A stretch of DNA of 64,000 nucleotides from an uncultured virus (IMG/VR IMGVR_UViG_3300032270_000355). Taxonomy: Duplodnaviria > Heunggongvirae > Uroviricota > Caudoviricetes. This document shows positions 1-9,142 of the stretch, one piece after another. The stretch is from IMG/VR virus record IMGVR_UViG_3300032270_000355; one strand, given 5' to 3'. The notes under the pieces were generated by a model. It had not been told where the DNA came from. It made no database searches and saw only the letters and a program-made list of their open reading frames with translations. The translations under genes were made by a program, and so were the position numbers. Positions within the stretch are counted from its first letter, which is position 1, and each line of letters opens with the position of its first letter.

Positions 1-249
1 ACCATTCCAATTTTCAAATTTGATACCCTTCTTAAGAGCACCATCTGTCTCTCGAATCAATCTGTTGGTATTGATACCGCAGTAATCGGTGAATGTCTTC
101 CAGTGTTCTGTTGAACCTTCACCAACTCCAATGATACCAATCGCACCAGACTCAATTACTGATATCTGATAATTTGGAAAAGTAGATTTAAGAATAAGAG
201 CAGAGATCAACCCTGCTGTTCCTGCGCCCAGTACAATTATTTTCTTCAT
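1..249 (-). CDS. Flavin-dependent (tryptophan) halogenase family protein, N-terminal part; runs off the left edge
   Basis: Not in the ORF track. Manual translation from ATG at 249: MKKIIVLGAGTAGLISALILKSTFPNYQISVIESGAIGIIGVGEGSTEHWKTFTDYCGINTNRLIRETDGALKKGIKFENWNG. It has the GxGxxG FAD motif, GVGEGS and KxGIKFENW, all typical of PrnA-like halogenases. Confidence 0.85.
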   Translation of the reverse strand, partial: MKKIIVLGAGTAGLISALILKSTFPNYQISVIESGAIGIIGVGEGSTEHWKTFTDYCGINTNRLIRETDGALKKGIKFENWNG

Positions 250-259
250 AATCTATCTA

Positions 260-925
260 TTAGACTTCGAAGGTAGAATCTGCCTCAACTGCTACATAAT
301 AAACTAAACTACGATTGCTCTTGAAACGAGAAATCTTTTTGCTGGAAATACTAACTTTGTAATCTCCTGGAAGCATCTTCAGATTCTCAACCTTTAAGTT
401 TACCTTAAAGGTTTTGTCAGTTGTTCCAACAACATTACTGAATGCATTTGCAGTCGCATTCTTTTTGTCACCAACATAAACAGTCATCTTTGATCCATCG
501 CCAATAACAGATACGTCTGCTGAACGAGAAACAGAGCCAGACTTATGAATAATATTCAGCAGTGCAGCTGACATATCAAACTCAATCTCATGAGCAGGGA
601 AAGTAATTTCCTTTGTTGGTGCAGTTAGAACACTTGCATCAGCTGCAAAGAATTTATAACTACCAATACCACCCTGTGAGAAAACTACAGACTTATTATC
701 TGGACTGAATGTCAACTCTGGGTCATCGAACAAAGACATTGCAGCTAAGAATTCATTTAAATCATAGATGCCAAATGATGGGAATGTTTCTGTAACATCA
801 ACATCAGCCATCACGTTTTTCTGGGCTGAAATTGTAGAGAGTTTTGATCCCTCTTTCAATAGAAGATTGCTGTTGATTGTAGCAAAGTTCTTGATCAGTT
901 CGATTGTGTCTTTAGATAATTTCAT
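260..925 (-). CDS. gp45: DNA polymerase sliding clamp (T4 gp45-like)
   Basis: N-terminus MKLSKDTIELIKNFATINSNL, FGIYDLNEFL, C-terminal YYVAVEADS; 221 aa. Confidence 0.95.
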   Translation of the reverse strand: MKLSKDTIELIKNFATINSNLLLKEGSKLSTISAQKNVMADVDVTETFPSFGIYDLNEFLAAMSLFDDPELTFSPDNKSVVFSQGGIGSYKFFAADASVLTAPTKEITFPAHEIEFDMSAALLNIIHKSGSVSRSADVSVIGDGSKMTVYVGDKKNATANAFSNVVGTTDKTFKVNLKVENLKMLPGDYKVSISSKKISRFKSNRSLVYYVAVEADSTFEV

Positions 926-958
926 ATGTTCTCCAATTAATAATAACTATGTATAAAA

Positions 959-987
959 ATTATACATTCAAAATCAAAAATAATCAA
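959..987 (-). promoter_or_regulatory. Sigma70-type promoter for gp45
   Basis: Minus strand TTGATT-N17-TATAAT with TG just before the -10 box. Confidence 0.7.
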
Positions 988-989
988 AT

Positions 990-1343
990 TTATTTGATTA
1001 AATGTTGAGCAATAACCATGCAACTAATCCAAGTCCAGATGGTATTGAAACCTACTAGAGTTGGAAGAAGTTTCTTATTGCTTGCCCAGATCAATGCTAG
1101 ACTTGTAACAAGTGTTAGGATATACAACCACCATAGTTGAATGCCCCAGATCAATCCTGGAATGATGATGATTGCTTTTGCACCCCAAGAAAGAAACTCA
1201 ACTGTGTTGTAGTTAGTCCAGTACTCTTTCGTTGTCCACATTTTATAACAATCAAATACCTTTCGATATCCAGTGCGACCATATACAACAGCAATCAATA
1301 CTACCCACACTACTGTTGCTACTAAGATCTGCTCAAGAGTCAT
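990..1343 (-). CDS. Hypothetical integral membrane protein
   Basis: 117 aa, several hydrophobic Trp-rich segments; ATGA overlap with the upstream gene. Confidence 0.7.
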   Translation of the reverse strand: MTLEQILVATVVWVVLIAVVYGRTGYRKVFDCYKMWTTKEYWTNYNTVEFLSWGAKAIIIIPGLIWGIQLWWLYILTLVTSLALIWASNKKLLPTLVGFNTIWTWISCMVIAQHLIK

Positions 1344-1681
1344 TTAGTTTCCTTAGAATACTTTACATCGTGTTCATATAAGAACATTAGACAGCACATT
1401 GCATGCGCTAAGTGGTTCTTTCCAGTTTCGGGATCATCTTGTTCTCCCTCTTTCCATGCCCAAAGATGCCTTTGCATTGCGTCAAAGTATCTACGTTTTG
1501 AGTCAGGAACTACTTTCCAATTATCTGGCTCATATTTCTCTGCGCCAAATGTTAGGATTTCTACAGTCGCTTTTAATGCGAGTGGTGGCAGTAAACCATA
1601 TTGAAGTTTACCACCATCAAATTTTCGCCCACCTGTCGTGGCAGTTTGGGACTTTTTTACGATATCTCGTTCAATAGCCAT
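1340..1681 (-). CDS. dATP/dGTP diphosphohydrolase domain protein (DUF5664-like)
   Basis: GGRKFDGGKLQYGLLP...FGAEKYEPDNW...DAMQRHL...DPETGKNHLAHAMCCLMFL matches the family pattern; ATG at 1681 preferred over TTG at 1684. Confidence 0.8.
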   Translation of the reverse strand: MAIERDIVKKSQTATTGGRKFDGGKLQYGLLPPLALKATVEILTFGAEKYEPDNWKVVPDSKRRYFDAMQRHLWAWKEGEQDDPETGKNHLAHAMCCLMFLYEHDVKYSKETK

Positions 1682-1695
1682 CAAATTTCCATAAT

Positions 1696-1731
1696 AAAAA
1701 ACATCTGGATACTACTAGAATATCCAGATGT
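1696..1731 (-). terminator. Rho-independent terminator
   Basis: Inverted repeat ACATCTGGATA / TATCCAGATGT followed by a T-run on the minus strand. Confidence 0.7.
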
Positions 1732-1739
1732 AAACTCAA

Positions 1740-2006
1740 TTAAGCACGTCGTGCGCTAAACACAGATGCACCCATAACAGCATTAGCAATGCGAACCATA
1801 CGCTTGCTTGGCTGGCCAAGACGATACTTGGTAGTCAATGTACCATCATGCAATTTTGCACTGTTGCTGTAAACAGCATAACCTTGCTCACGTAAATTGC
1901 GAATTGCAGATGCTGGATGTGCGATCTGGAAAGAACCTTTGATCTGCTTAGCAGTAAATTCTTTTCCAGCCTTTAGATTCTCCAACAATTTTTCTTGCTT
2001 CGACAT
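1740..2006 (-). CDS. Small winged-helix/HTH DNA-binding protein (putative)
   Basis: KQEKLLENLKAGKEFTAKQIKGSFQIAHPASAIRNLREQGYAVYSN is a wHTH-like pattern; GGAGA SD lies upstream of ATG 2006. Confidence 0.65.
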   Translation of the reverse strand: MSKQEKLLENLKAGKEFTAKQIKGSFQIAHPASAIRNLREQGYAVYSNSAKLHDGTLTTKYRLGQPSKRMVRIANAVMGASVFSARRA

Positions 2007-2042
2007 AGATAATATCTCCATAATTAAACCATCATTAAAATT

Positions 2043-2083
2043 AAAAAAAGAAGGTGGGGCGATGGCAATTACCCCAACCTTCT
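2043..2083 (-). terminator. Rho-independent terminator
   Basis: AGAAGGT-GGGG...CCCC-A-ACCTTCT hairpin with a T-run on the minus strand. Confidence 0.6.
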
Positions 2084-2090
2084 CGGAAAA

Positions 2091-2573
2091 TTAAACTTGG
2101 ATACCATTCTCACGCAGGATCGCATTGAAGTCTTCAGTATCAGAATCAACTTCAACTGAGTCATCAATGATCTTCTGCAGACGAGAGATCTCCATGTTGT
2201 CTTCCTTAGCAACAGGTGTCTTGACTGCAACTGCTTTCTTAGCAGGTGCTTTCACAACTTTAACCTTAGCAACCTTAACAGGTTTAGCCTTGGCTGGTTT
2301 CACAGCAGAGTCTTTCGCAAATTGCGACAACTCAGCAGCAGTAGGAACAGGGAGTTGGTATACACCACGCTCAATCTTGTTCTTATTGAACAACCAGTTA
2401 GGATAACCAATCTTCTCACCCTTAACACCAGTCCGTTGATCACGCAAGGTGTAATAGATGGAAGCACATTCCTTCAAAGTAATCTGTGGATCTTTCTTGT
2501 ATTGAGGATTGCTCTCAATAACAGACACAACAAATTTCTTCTGGGACATAGACAAATTAGCGAATTTCAACAT
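2091..2573 (-). CDS. Hypothetical protein with Lys/Ala/Val/Pro-rich linker and acidic C-terminus
   Basis: 160 aa; has its own promoter; N-domain motif GYPNWLFNKNKIERGVY; KPAKAKPVKVAKVKVVKAPAKK segment. Confidence 0.75.
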   Translation of the reverse strand: MLKFANLSMSQKKFVVSVIESNPQYKKDPQITLKECASIYYTLRDQRTGVKGEKIGYPNWLFNKNKIERGVYQLPVPTAAELSQFAKDSAVKPAKAKPVKVAKVKVVKAPAKKAVAVKTPVAKEDNMEISRLQKIIDDSVEVDSDTEDFNAILRENGIQV

Positions 2574-2605
2574 AACAAATTTCCTTTTTCAAAGTTCAAG
2601 ATAGA

Positions 2606-2634
2606 ATTATACAACAAGTTTCAATGTAAGACAA
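2606..2634 (-). promoter_or_regulatory. Sigma70-type early promoter
   Basis: TTGTCT-N17-TATAAT with extended TG. Confidence 0.75.
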
Positions 2635-2636
2635 GT

Positions 2637-3800
2637 TTAAAATGGAACCTCATCGGTAGGATCGATTGCAGCAACTTCTGGTGTAGGTACTACCTCAGGA
2701 GCAGGGTTTGCAACCTTCTCAAACAAGTCCATGAATGCAGTCTTCGTTGCGGAGTCGAAACGATTGCAGCAAAGTTCCACTGCTTTCGTACGACTCTTGA
2801 AGATTGCAAACGCACGCACAATGTGGATCATACGACGAGTCGTAATATTTTCATCCACGCCACCATCGGCAAAGGTGCGACGAATTGCGTCTGCCCATTT
2901 AACCAATGTCTCTGCGAATTCTACATCTTTGCATCCGTAGAAGTCCATCAGATTCTCAACAATCTTTTGCTCGATCTTAGCACTTGGGTAATCCTGCTCA
3001 AACGTAACAGCGAATCGTTCCAAGAATGCTTCGTTGAGCACGTTAGTACCAATGTAACGACCATCATCGCTACCTTTACCCTTAGTGTTCGCTGTGGCAA
3101 ACATATTGAATCCTTCAGCTGGAACAATCATCTCATTCTTCAACTTGAAGTAATATGGTTTACCCTCAAGAATCGGTTGCAAGCAAAGCAAAGTATTTGC
3201 AGAGCCAGCATCAATCTCATCAAGCAAGAGTGCAGTTCCAGTTCGCATAGCGATCAAGACTGGACCTTCGATGATCTCCACATTACCATTTTCCAAAGTC
3301 TTAGAGCCAATGAGTTGTTCTTCATCAGTCATCATGTTTAAGTTAACACGAATCAGAGGACGTTTGTGCTTGGCACAAATTTGTTCAACCATCGTGGACT
3401 TGCCATTCCCAGTTGGACCAGACACAAACACAGGATAGAAAATCTTGGTCTTGATAATGGTTTCAAGATCAGTGTAGTTACCGAATGGTACAAAGTTCGG
3501 ATCTTTCTTGGGAATCAATGAATCAGTATTCGTATAGTCCACAGTGAAAGATTCTACAACAGCTACAGGTTTACGAACAGTGTTACCTTCAACTGCAGGA
3601 ACACCACCATCGATGGCATACAAACCACGACCAAGTTTATTCTTCATGAGCCACAAAGGATATTTGTCAGTTTTAAGTTTAGCCATACACTCAAGCAACT
3701 GAGGTCGGGATACCGTACCTTTAGTTTTGATGTCTGGAAACATCTCATTGAGTTTTTCCTCAAAAGTCGCACGAAAAGCCACATCACATTTTGCCATCAT
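2637..3800 (-). CDS. CobS/MoxR-like AAA+ ATPase (phage 'cobS')
   Basis: Walker A GPTGNGKS, Walker B LLLDEID, ATANTKGKGSDDGRYIGTNVLNEAFLERF, ITTRRMIHI; GGAG SD precedes ATG 3800. Confidence 0.9.
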   Translation of the reverse strand: MMAKCDVAFRATFEEKLNEMFPDIKTKGTVSRPQLLECMAKLKTDKYPLWLMKNKLGRGLYAIDGGVPAVEGNTVRKPVAVVESFTVDYTNTDSLIPKKDPNFVPFGNYTDLETIIKTKIFYPVFVSGPTGNGKSTMVEQICAKHKRPLIRVNLNMMTDEEQLIGSKTLENGNVEIIEGPVLIAMRTGTALLLDEIDAGSANTLLCLQPILEGKPYYFKLKNEMIVPAEGFNMFATANTKGKGSDDGRYIGTNVLNEAFLERFAVTFEQDYPSAKIEQKIVENLMDFYGCKDVEFAETLVKWADAIRRTFADGGVDENITTRRMIHIVRAFAIFKSRTKAVELCCNRFDSATKTAFMDLFEKVANPAPEVVPTPEVAAIDPTDEVPF

Positions 3801-3834
3801 TTTCTCCATAATATAACAACCAATCAATAACTGT

Positions 3835-3863
3835 ATTATTCCCTAAACTGCAATCAAAGACAA
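3835..3863 (-). promoter_or_regulatory. Sigma70-type early promoter
   Basis: TTGTCT-N17-AATAAT. Confidence 0.65.
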
Positions 3864-3877
3864 GCCTTTTTGGGAAT

Positions 3878-3928
3878 TCCCCTACACTTTGTAGGGGATT
3901 ATTTTCACCTGTAAAATCAACAACTTAC
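3878..3928. repeat. Copy 1 of a composite upstream element (hairpin TCCCCTACA-CTT-TGTAGGGGA plus 21-mer CCTGTAAAATCAACAACTTAC)
   Basis: The 21-mer at 3908-3928 is identical to 6325-6345; the hairpin arm GTAGGGGATT is shared with 6361-6370. Confidence 0.85.
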
Positions 3929-6096
3929 GCAACGTATCCCACGAACCGATTCAGGAGGACTCGGCTAGTTTGTTTTACATTGAGGAATTTGCTGAAGTTC
4001 CTTGCAATTGCCTTAGCGTTTGCATCTTCTTTCACTTCCAACTCACCCTCAACAATCTTCGTAGAAGACTGTGGGACTAAGAACAAGTCATCACGACCAG
4101 TGCCTTTGATTGAAGCGAATCCTTGATCACGAAACTCTTTTCTCCAAGTATCAATGATGTTGAATTCATTACCTGAAAAGACTGGTAAGTTTGAACGAAT
4201 CGCAGAACATAAATCACGACGAGCATTGCGGCAGATATAAAATCCGACAACCACACAGTTGTGACGATCTTTGATCATCTGAATAATCGTAGATGTTTGT
4301 TCATTAGAATTTTTATTCAGCTGATAAGTTTTCTGTGTTTTATCATCACGAATAAAGTATTTGTGTTTGATCTTTTTGTAACCACTAGTGGAATACACAT
4401 TCTCATGTTCTTCCATCCTACCATTAGGAGTATACAATGCACTACCTTCACCATCAGTTAAGGTAATGAGTGTCATCTTCTCGATAGCATTTTGTTTAGT
4501 GTAAGTTCCAAGATTATTGTAAACCCATACCAATGCTTCGTTCAATGGTGTTCCACCCATACTGTAACCATCATTCCAAAAGAATTTGTAGTTAGTTACA
4601 CGACGAGCCATCGTATGAAATTCGCTAGTAGTCATCTTGTTCGAGAACAATTCTAACAAAGAGAAATTACTATTCGTGTTGAGCATATTGTTTGTATTCA
4701 AATACTCATTGTGAATACGATTCCACTCACGTTGTTTATCATAATTTTCATTATAACGATCACCGTATTGAGAAGTGAAAGCAAGAACACGATATGGAAT
4801 TTGAATACGTGCACAGAACATTGCCAAGTTAATAACCTGTTCCAATGTATCTTTCATTACTTGATCCATTGAACCAGACCAATCCAGCAAGAAAAGCATA
4901 CCATGGTTTTTACCCTGTGGTACGACACTGACACGTTTGAACAAGTCATCATTTAGTTTGTAAGACCAGACACGTTTCATATCCAATGAACCAGTCTTGG
5001 AGACCTGAGCACGTTTGTACAGGGCTGCAGACTTACGCATCTCGAATTCTTTGACCAGATAATTCACGGCACGTGTAGAATCTGTTTTGAATTTATCATA
5101 CTTAGCACGATCCAATGCAAACTGATTGCGTTCATCAGCAGTCATTTCTTTGGTGTTACCCTGCTTGTCTTCTACATACCAGTTGTCAATAGTTTCATTC
5201 AGGATGGTTTTGTAACCAACAATAGGATCTTTGAAGTATTTGTCATCGAATTTAACATAGTTATATTGCGTGCTGTCATCAGCCAAGTCTTGCAATTTAT
5301 CAGCAAAATTTCGATCAGTCTTAGACTCAAGTTCTTCTTCAGAGATAGATGGCTCATCGTCAGACTTAGTGGATTTTCCACCATGGGTTTTACGACTGCT
5401 CTTTTCATCTTGATCTTCATCAGAATCTTCTTGTTCCCAATTGTCTTCATAGTCATCGATGTCATCAAATTCGCCTTCTGGCTCTTCGTCAGATTCTTCA
5501 AGTTCTTCTGGATCTTCGACAAAGACACGTTTCTTTTTTTCCTGTAGTTCTTCTTTCGAGAAGCCATAAATTTCTTTAGCCAATTCAACCACTTCATCAA
5601 TGGTCTCTGTGCGTTCAGCACGATTGACAAATAACTTTTCTTCAGGTGTGAATGTAACTCCACACTGGAATCCTGCTTTGAAATATAGATTGATTTTGTC
5701 GATGAGTAACAAGTCATCAAAATTCTGGACTTGTTTTACACCAAAGAAGTCACGATCATTGAGTTGTTTATATCCTTCGTTCATGCGTTTACGCAGTCCT
5801 GGATACTTACGTTTGATCATTTTCTCAATACGTACATCTTCGAGTACGTTGAGGTAAGTCATAATTTTGCGATCTTCTTGAATTGGAACCAAGTATTCGT
5901 CACCAGTATACAAGGCATGGCCAACTTCGTGACCAGTTAGCATATCTTCAATCTCTGGAGTCATATCTTTCCAGAGTGGTAAAGTCAACACACGTGCTTT
6001 GATGTCAAAAGATGCAGTGCGTGTTCTTGCACGAATCACTGAAAGATTCTCATTGGCAAGAAGGCGAGCAGAAAGATCAGATGCTTTGATGTCCAT
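3925..6096 (-). CDS. CobT-like protein: N-terminal metallopeptidase-like HEVGH domain, acidic linker, C-terminal VWA domain
   Basis: GHEVGHALYT and NVLEDVRIE; MIDAS LLDWSGSM, GGTPLNEA, ITLTDGEG; adjacent to the CobS-like ATPase; start at ATG 6096 after GGAGAA. Confidence 0.85.
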   Translation of the reverse strand: MDIKASDLSARLLANENLSVIRARTRTASFDIKARVLTLPLWKDMTPEIEDMLTGHEVGHALYTGDEYLVPIQEDRKIMTYLNVLEDVRIEKMIKRKYPGLRKRMNEGYKQLNDRDFFGVKQVQNFDDLLLIDKINLYFKAGFQCGVTFTPEEKLFVNRAERTETIDEVVELAKEIYGFSKEELQEKKKRVFVEDPEELEESDEEPEGEFDDIDDYEDNWEQEDSDEDQDEKSSRKTHGGKSTKSDDEPSISEEELESKTDRNFADKLQDLADDSTQYNYVKFDDKYFKDPIVGYKTILNETIDNWYVEDKQGNTKEMTADERNQFALDRAKYDKFKTDSTRAVNYLVKEFEMRKSAALYKRAQVSKTGSLDMKRVWSYKLNDDLFKRVSVVPQGKNHGMLFLLDWSGSMDQVMKDTLEQVINLAMFCARIQIPYRVLAFTSQYGDRYNENYDKQREWNRIHNEYLNTNNMLNTNSNFSLLELFSNKMTTSEFHTMARRVTNYKFFWNDGYSMGGTPLNEALVWVYNNLGTYTKQNAIEKMTLITLTDGEGSALYTPNGRMEEHENVYSTSGYKKIKHKYFIRDDKTQKTYQLNKNSNEQTSTIIQMIKDRHNCVVVGFYICRNARRDLCSAIRSNLPVFSGNEFNIIDTWRKEFRDQGFASIKGTGRDDLFLVPQSSTKIVEGELEVKEDANAKAIARNFSKFLNVKQTSRVLLNRFVGYVA

Positions 6097-6097
6097 A

Positions 6098-6256
6098 TTA
6101 TTCTCCGTAAGCCATGTCGTATTCAAACTCAGTCAATAGAGTTTCGATGTAAGGACGATTCGCCAAAGTAAGGTTATCAGCGAACACCAATTCTTCTTCT
6201 ATACCGTAGTTATAACACAGTTGGGCTAGTTCGTAGTCACTAAATTCATTCCACAT
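6098..6256 (-). CDS. Small acidic hypothetical protein (52 aa)
   Basis: Below the ORF-track cutoff: MWNEFSDYELAQLCYNYGIEEELVFADNLTLANRPYIETLLTEFEYDMAYGE; GGAGAA SD; first gene after the promoter at 6282-6310. Confidence 0.7.
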   Translation of the reverse strand: MWNEFSDYELAQLCYNYGIEEELVFADNLTLANRPYIETLLTEFEYDMAYGE

Positions 6257-6281
6257 AATTTTCTCCGATTCAATAGAGTGA

Positions 6282-6310
6282 ATTATGCACCAGTTTTAGA
6301 TAAAAGACAA
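6282..6310 (-). promoter_or_regulatory. Sigma70-type early promoter
   Basis: TTGTCT-N17-CATAAT with extended TG. Confidence 0.7.
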
Positions 6311-6324
6311 GCCCCTGAAAAAAC

Positions 6325-6370
6325 CCTGTAAAATCAACAACTTACATTCCCCCACTCGATGTAGGGGATT
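6325..6370. repeat. Copy 2 of the composite upstream element (21-mer plus imperfect hairpin)
   Basis: CCTGTAAAATCAACAACTTAC at 6325-6345, then TTCCCCCAC...GTAGGGGATT. Confidence 0.85.
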
Positions 6371-8087
6371 AGTTCGGGACTATCACTGAGAAGTCATTGC
6401 GCTTCTCAAACTTCACTACAGACCTAAACTTATCAAAGAGTTGATCACCTTTATGGCTGATTACAAAGATGTTTGTATTGTCACCAAACTGATTCATTAG
6501 GTTGAGGAAGTAATCAGTTCCTGCAGTGTCAAGAGATGAATCAAAAATCTCATCAAGCAATAGAAGATTAGTGTTGACACTGTTCTTCATCTTTGCAATC
6601 TGACGCCATGTGAAAAGAATAGCAAGATCAATACGCATCTTTTCACCTTCAGAGAAACTTGCATATGTAAAGTCATCACGATAGCGAGACTTCACAGATT
6701 CATTGAACGATTCATCAAGTTCGAAATGGATATATGCATCCATTGCTTGTAAGTATTTATTAATCAACTTGTTCATTGCAGGAAGATACTCACGTATGAT
6801 TGCTGTCTTGATACCAGTATCTTTGAGAAGAACAGAAGCAACTTCTTCTAAGTTACGTTGATCCATTAAACTATTTTTGTTGCTGATCTTTTCTAAAGCA
6901 GCAGTTGCGAGATCTTTTAACTTACCCTTCTCTTCATCGAGGTTAGTTGTGTCAGATTTAACCCTTTGGGTCTCAGCTTCAAGTTCTTTGATTTGTTTGT
7001 TGAGTAAGGTGACAGTAGAGTTCCTTGTAGATAACTCAATGTTCTTGGTTGTAATTTGCCCAACCACTTCGTTAATTTGCGATAGTTTCGATTGGAGATT
7101 TGTGAGAATGGTTTCGAGTTCACCAATCTTTGTGTTATTGTCCAACAGTTTCGAATTAAGATCCTTGATAATACCTTCTTTGTATTCCTCTGGGATATCT
7201 TGGCTACACGATGGACAAACATCGTGTTCGCTAAAAAACTCTGTGTTGTGCTCGCAAGTTTCGATTTTCTGGAGCAACTTACTTCTAATTGATTTGGCTT
7301 TGTCAATGTCTTCAGATACATTTTCTTTATCATTGATGCTTGTTTGAAGAGTATTGATCTCCGAAACGATAGATTCGATCTCCCTCTCGACAGATAGAAT
7401 CTCATCATTGTTAGCAGATATTTTTGATACAATACTTTCGATAGCACTGGACTTCGCTTCAGTGATAGTCTTGATAATGGCTTGCTGGTTTTCAACTTTA
7501 TCCTTTGCGCTCTTGATATCACTCTCTGTTCGGCTAATAGCATCTTTGGTCTCCTGAGCCTTTTCTTTCAATAACGAATTCATTGTAGAGAAAATACGAA
7601 TATCAAGAATGTCTTCAATAACTTCTCTTCTTTGTAGTGGTGTCAACTGCATGAATGGAACGAATGATGCAGAACCAAGAATAACTACCTGAGTGAATGT
7701 TTTATAATTCAGTCGAAGAATTTGCTGTTCTAGTACCTTCTGGTAATCACGAGAAGCAGCATCTTGATTTAACATGATACCATCACACCAGATTTCAAAG
7801 ATGTTTGGCTTTATTCCACGTACTATTTTGTAGTCTTTAGTACCGATAGAAAGTTCTATCTCAACTAAACAACCCTTACCATTAATAGAGTTTACTAGTT
7901 GTCCCTTGTTAATGTTACGAAAGGGTTTTCCAAATAATGAAAAGCACAATGCATCTAAGATTGTGCTTTTACCTTCACCATTTTTACCAATGATTAAAGT
8001 TGTCGGGGATTTGTTTAGGAGAACTTTGTTCGATGAGTTGCCAGTAGATAAAAAATTCTTCCAACTTACACTTTTAAAAACAATCAT
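6369..8087 (-). CDS. gp46: Recombination endonuclease subunit, Rad50/SbcC-like (gp46)
   Basis: KNFLSTGN, Walker A GKNGEGKS, zinc hook CPSC, signature FSEGEKMRID, LLLDEIFDSSLD, ISHK. Confidence 0.95.
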   Translation of the reverse strand: MIVFKSVSWKNFLSTGNSSNKVLLNKSPTTLIIGKNGEGKSTILDALCFSLFGKPFRNINKGQLVNSINGKGCLVEIELSIGTKDYKIVRGIKPNIFEIWCDGIMLNQDAASRDYQKVLEQQILRLNYKTFTQVVILGSASFVPFMQLTPLQRREVIEDILDIRIFSTMNSLLKEKAQETKDAISRTESDIKSAKDKVENQQAIIKTITEAKSSAIESIVSKISANNDEILSVEREIESIVSEINTLQTSINDKENVSEDIDKAKSIRSKLLQKIETCEHNTEFFSEHDVCPSCSQDIPEEYKEGIIKDLNSKLLDNNTKIGELETILTNLQSKLSQINEVVGQITTKNIELSTRNSTVTLLNKQIKELEAETQRVKSDTTNLDEEKGKLKDLATAALEKISNKNSLMDQRNLEEVASVLLKDTGIKTAIIREYLPAMNKLINKYLQAMDAYIHFELDESFNESVKSRYRDDFTYASFSEGEKMRIDLAILFTWRQIAKMKNSVNTNLLLLDEIFDSSLDTAGTDYFLNLMNQFGDNTNIFVISHKGDQLFDKFRSVVKFEKRNDFSVIVPN

Positions 8088-9142
8088 CAAACAACCTCAA
8101 TATTAATCGCTTCAGTATATAAACCTCGCATGTATGATTTAACTTTTTCTTTGTCAACATCAGTTTCTATCGAATCAATAAAATTAGAAAGAACAGAAAC
8201 TGTATCTTCTAAGTTGATGTCTTCATTGATTTCACCTTCTTGAAATTCAGAAAGATCTTCAATAATCTTAATGTCTGCGCAACCCTTATTATACAACAGT
8301 TGCGTGAACTTGTCAAATTTATAGTAGTCAGTTTTGTTAACAACAATTAACTTTACATACTTACCATTTAGATCAAGTGATGTTAAGTCGAGTGGTTCAA
8401 CTTCTTTGTCGTTGTATTCGATTCTCGTGAACATTGTATAAGGATTTTGAATGAATCCAAGTTGTCTGTTCTCGAGATCGAACAGATGAAATCCTCTGGG
8501 ATCGTTATGGTCTTGCCATGTAAGTTCGTACGGATTTCCGAGATAATAAATGTGGTTATCATTAGAACGATGGTGATAATGCCCAGAGAATACCATATCA
8601 AATTTATCGAAAGTTTCTTTAGAAAGTCCTTCATGTGATTCCATTCCCCTATACATTGCGAATCCTGCAATCTCAAAATGCCCCATGCAAAGTGTTGCTG
8701 GAGTGTTCTTCATAACATCAATAGACTCTTCATAATTTTCTGCACAAATCCATGGAACCATACACACATCAAAACCATTTAGATTAATAGTTTTGGGGCT
8801 GTCTATCACTTCAATATTATTGTATTGCGTCAGTAACAAATCTGGAGAGTTTACATCATTGGTATTTTTGTAGTATGTATCATGGTTACCAGCCAACATA
8901 TAAACTGTGATTCCACGTTCTTCTAATTTATCAAAGAACATTTCTTTGGCTCTTTGTAGAGAATAGAAATTTACATATTTACGTCTATCAAAAGTATCAC
9001 CAAGAATAAGAACAGTATCAATACCAGCTGAGTCGATAGTAGGAAAGAAAGTATTATCATAAAAGTTCTGATAGAAATCTAGAAAAGCAATACTATCATT
9101 ACGAGCACCGAAGTGTTGGTCTGTAATAATTGCTACTTTCAT
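8087..9142 (-). CDS. gp47: Recombination endonuclease subunit, Mre11/SbcD-like (gp47)
   Basis: Metallophosphoesterase motifs TDQHFG, LGDTFD, AGNHD, GHF, SGHYH. Confidence 0.95.
   Translation of the reverse strand: MKVAIITDQHFGARNDSIAFLDFYQNFYDNTFFPTIDSAGIDTVLILGDTFDRRKYVNFYSLQRAKEMFFDKLEERGITVYMLAGNHDTYYKNTNDVNSPDLLLTQYNNIEVIDSPKTINLNGFDVCMVPWICAENYEESIDVMKNTPATLCMGHFEIAGFAMYRGMESHEGLSKETFDKFDMVFSGHYHHRSNDNHIYYLGNPYELTWQDHNDPRGFHLFDLENRQLGFIQNPYTMFTRIEYNDKEVEPLDLTSLDLNGKYVKLIVVNKTDYYKFDKFTQLLYNKGCADIKIIEDLSEFQEGEINEDINLEDTVSVLSNFIDSIETDVDKEKVKSYMRGLYTEAINIEVV

Noticed and set aside
2637..6096. Cobalamin biosynthesis (cobS/cobT) as an auxiliary metabolic function
   Set aside because: No CobN or other cob genes are present; this is a generic MoxR-type AAA+/VWA pair common in T4-like phages
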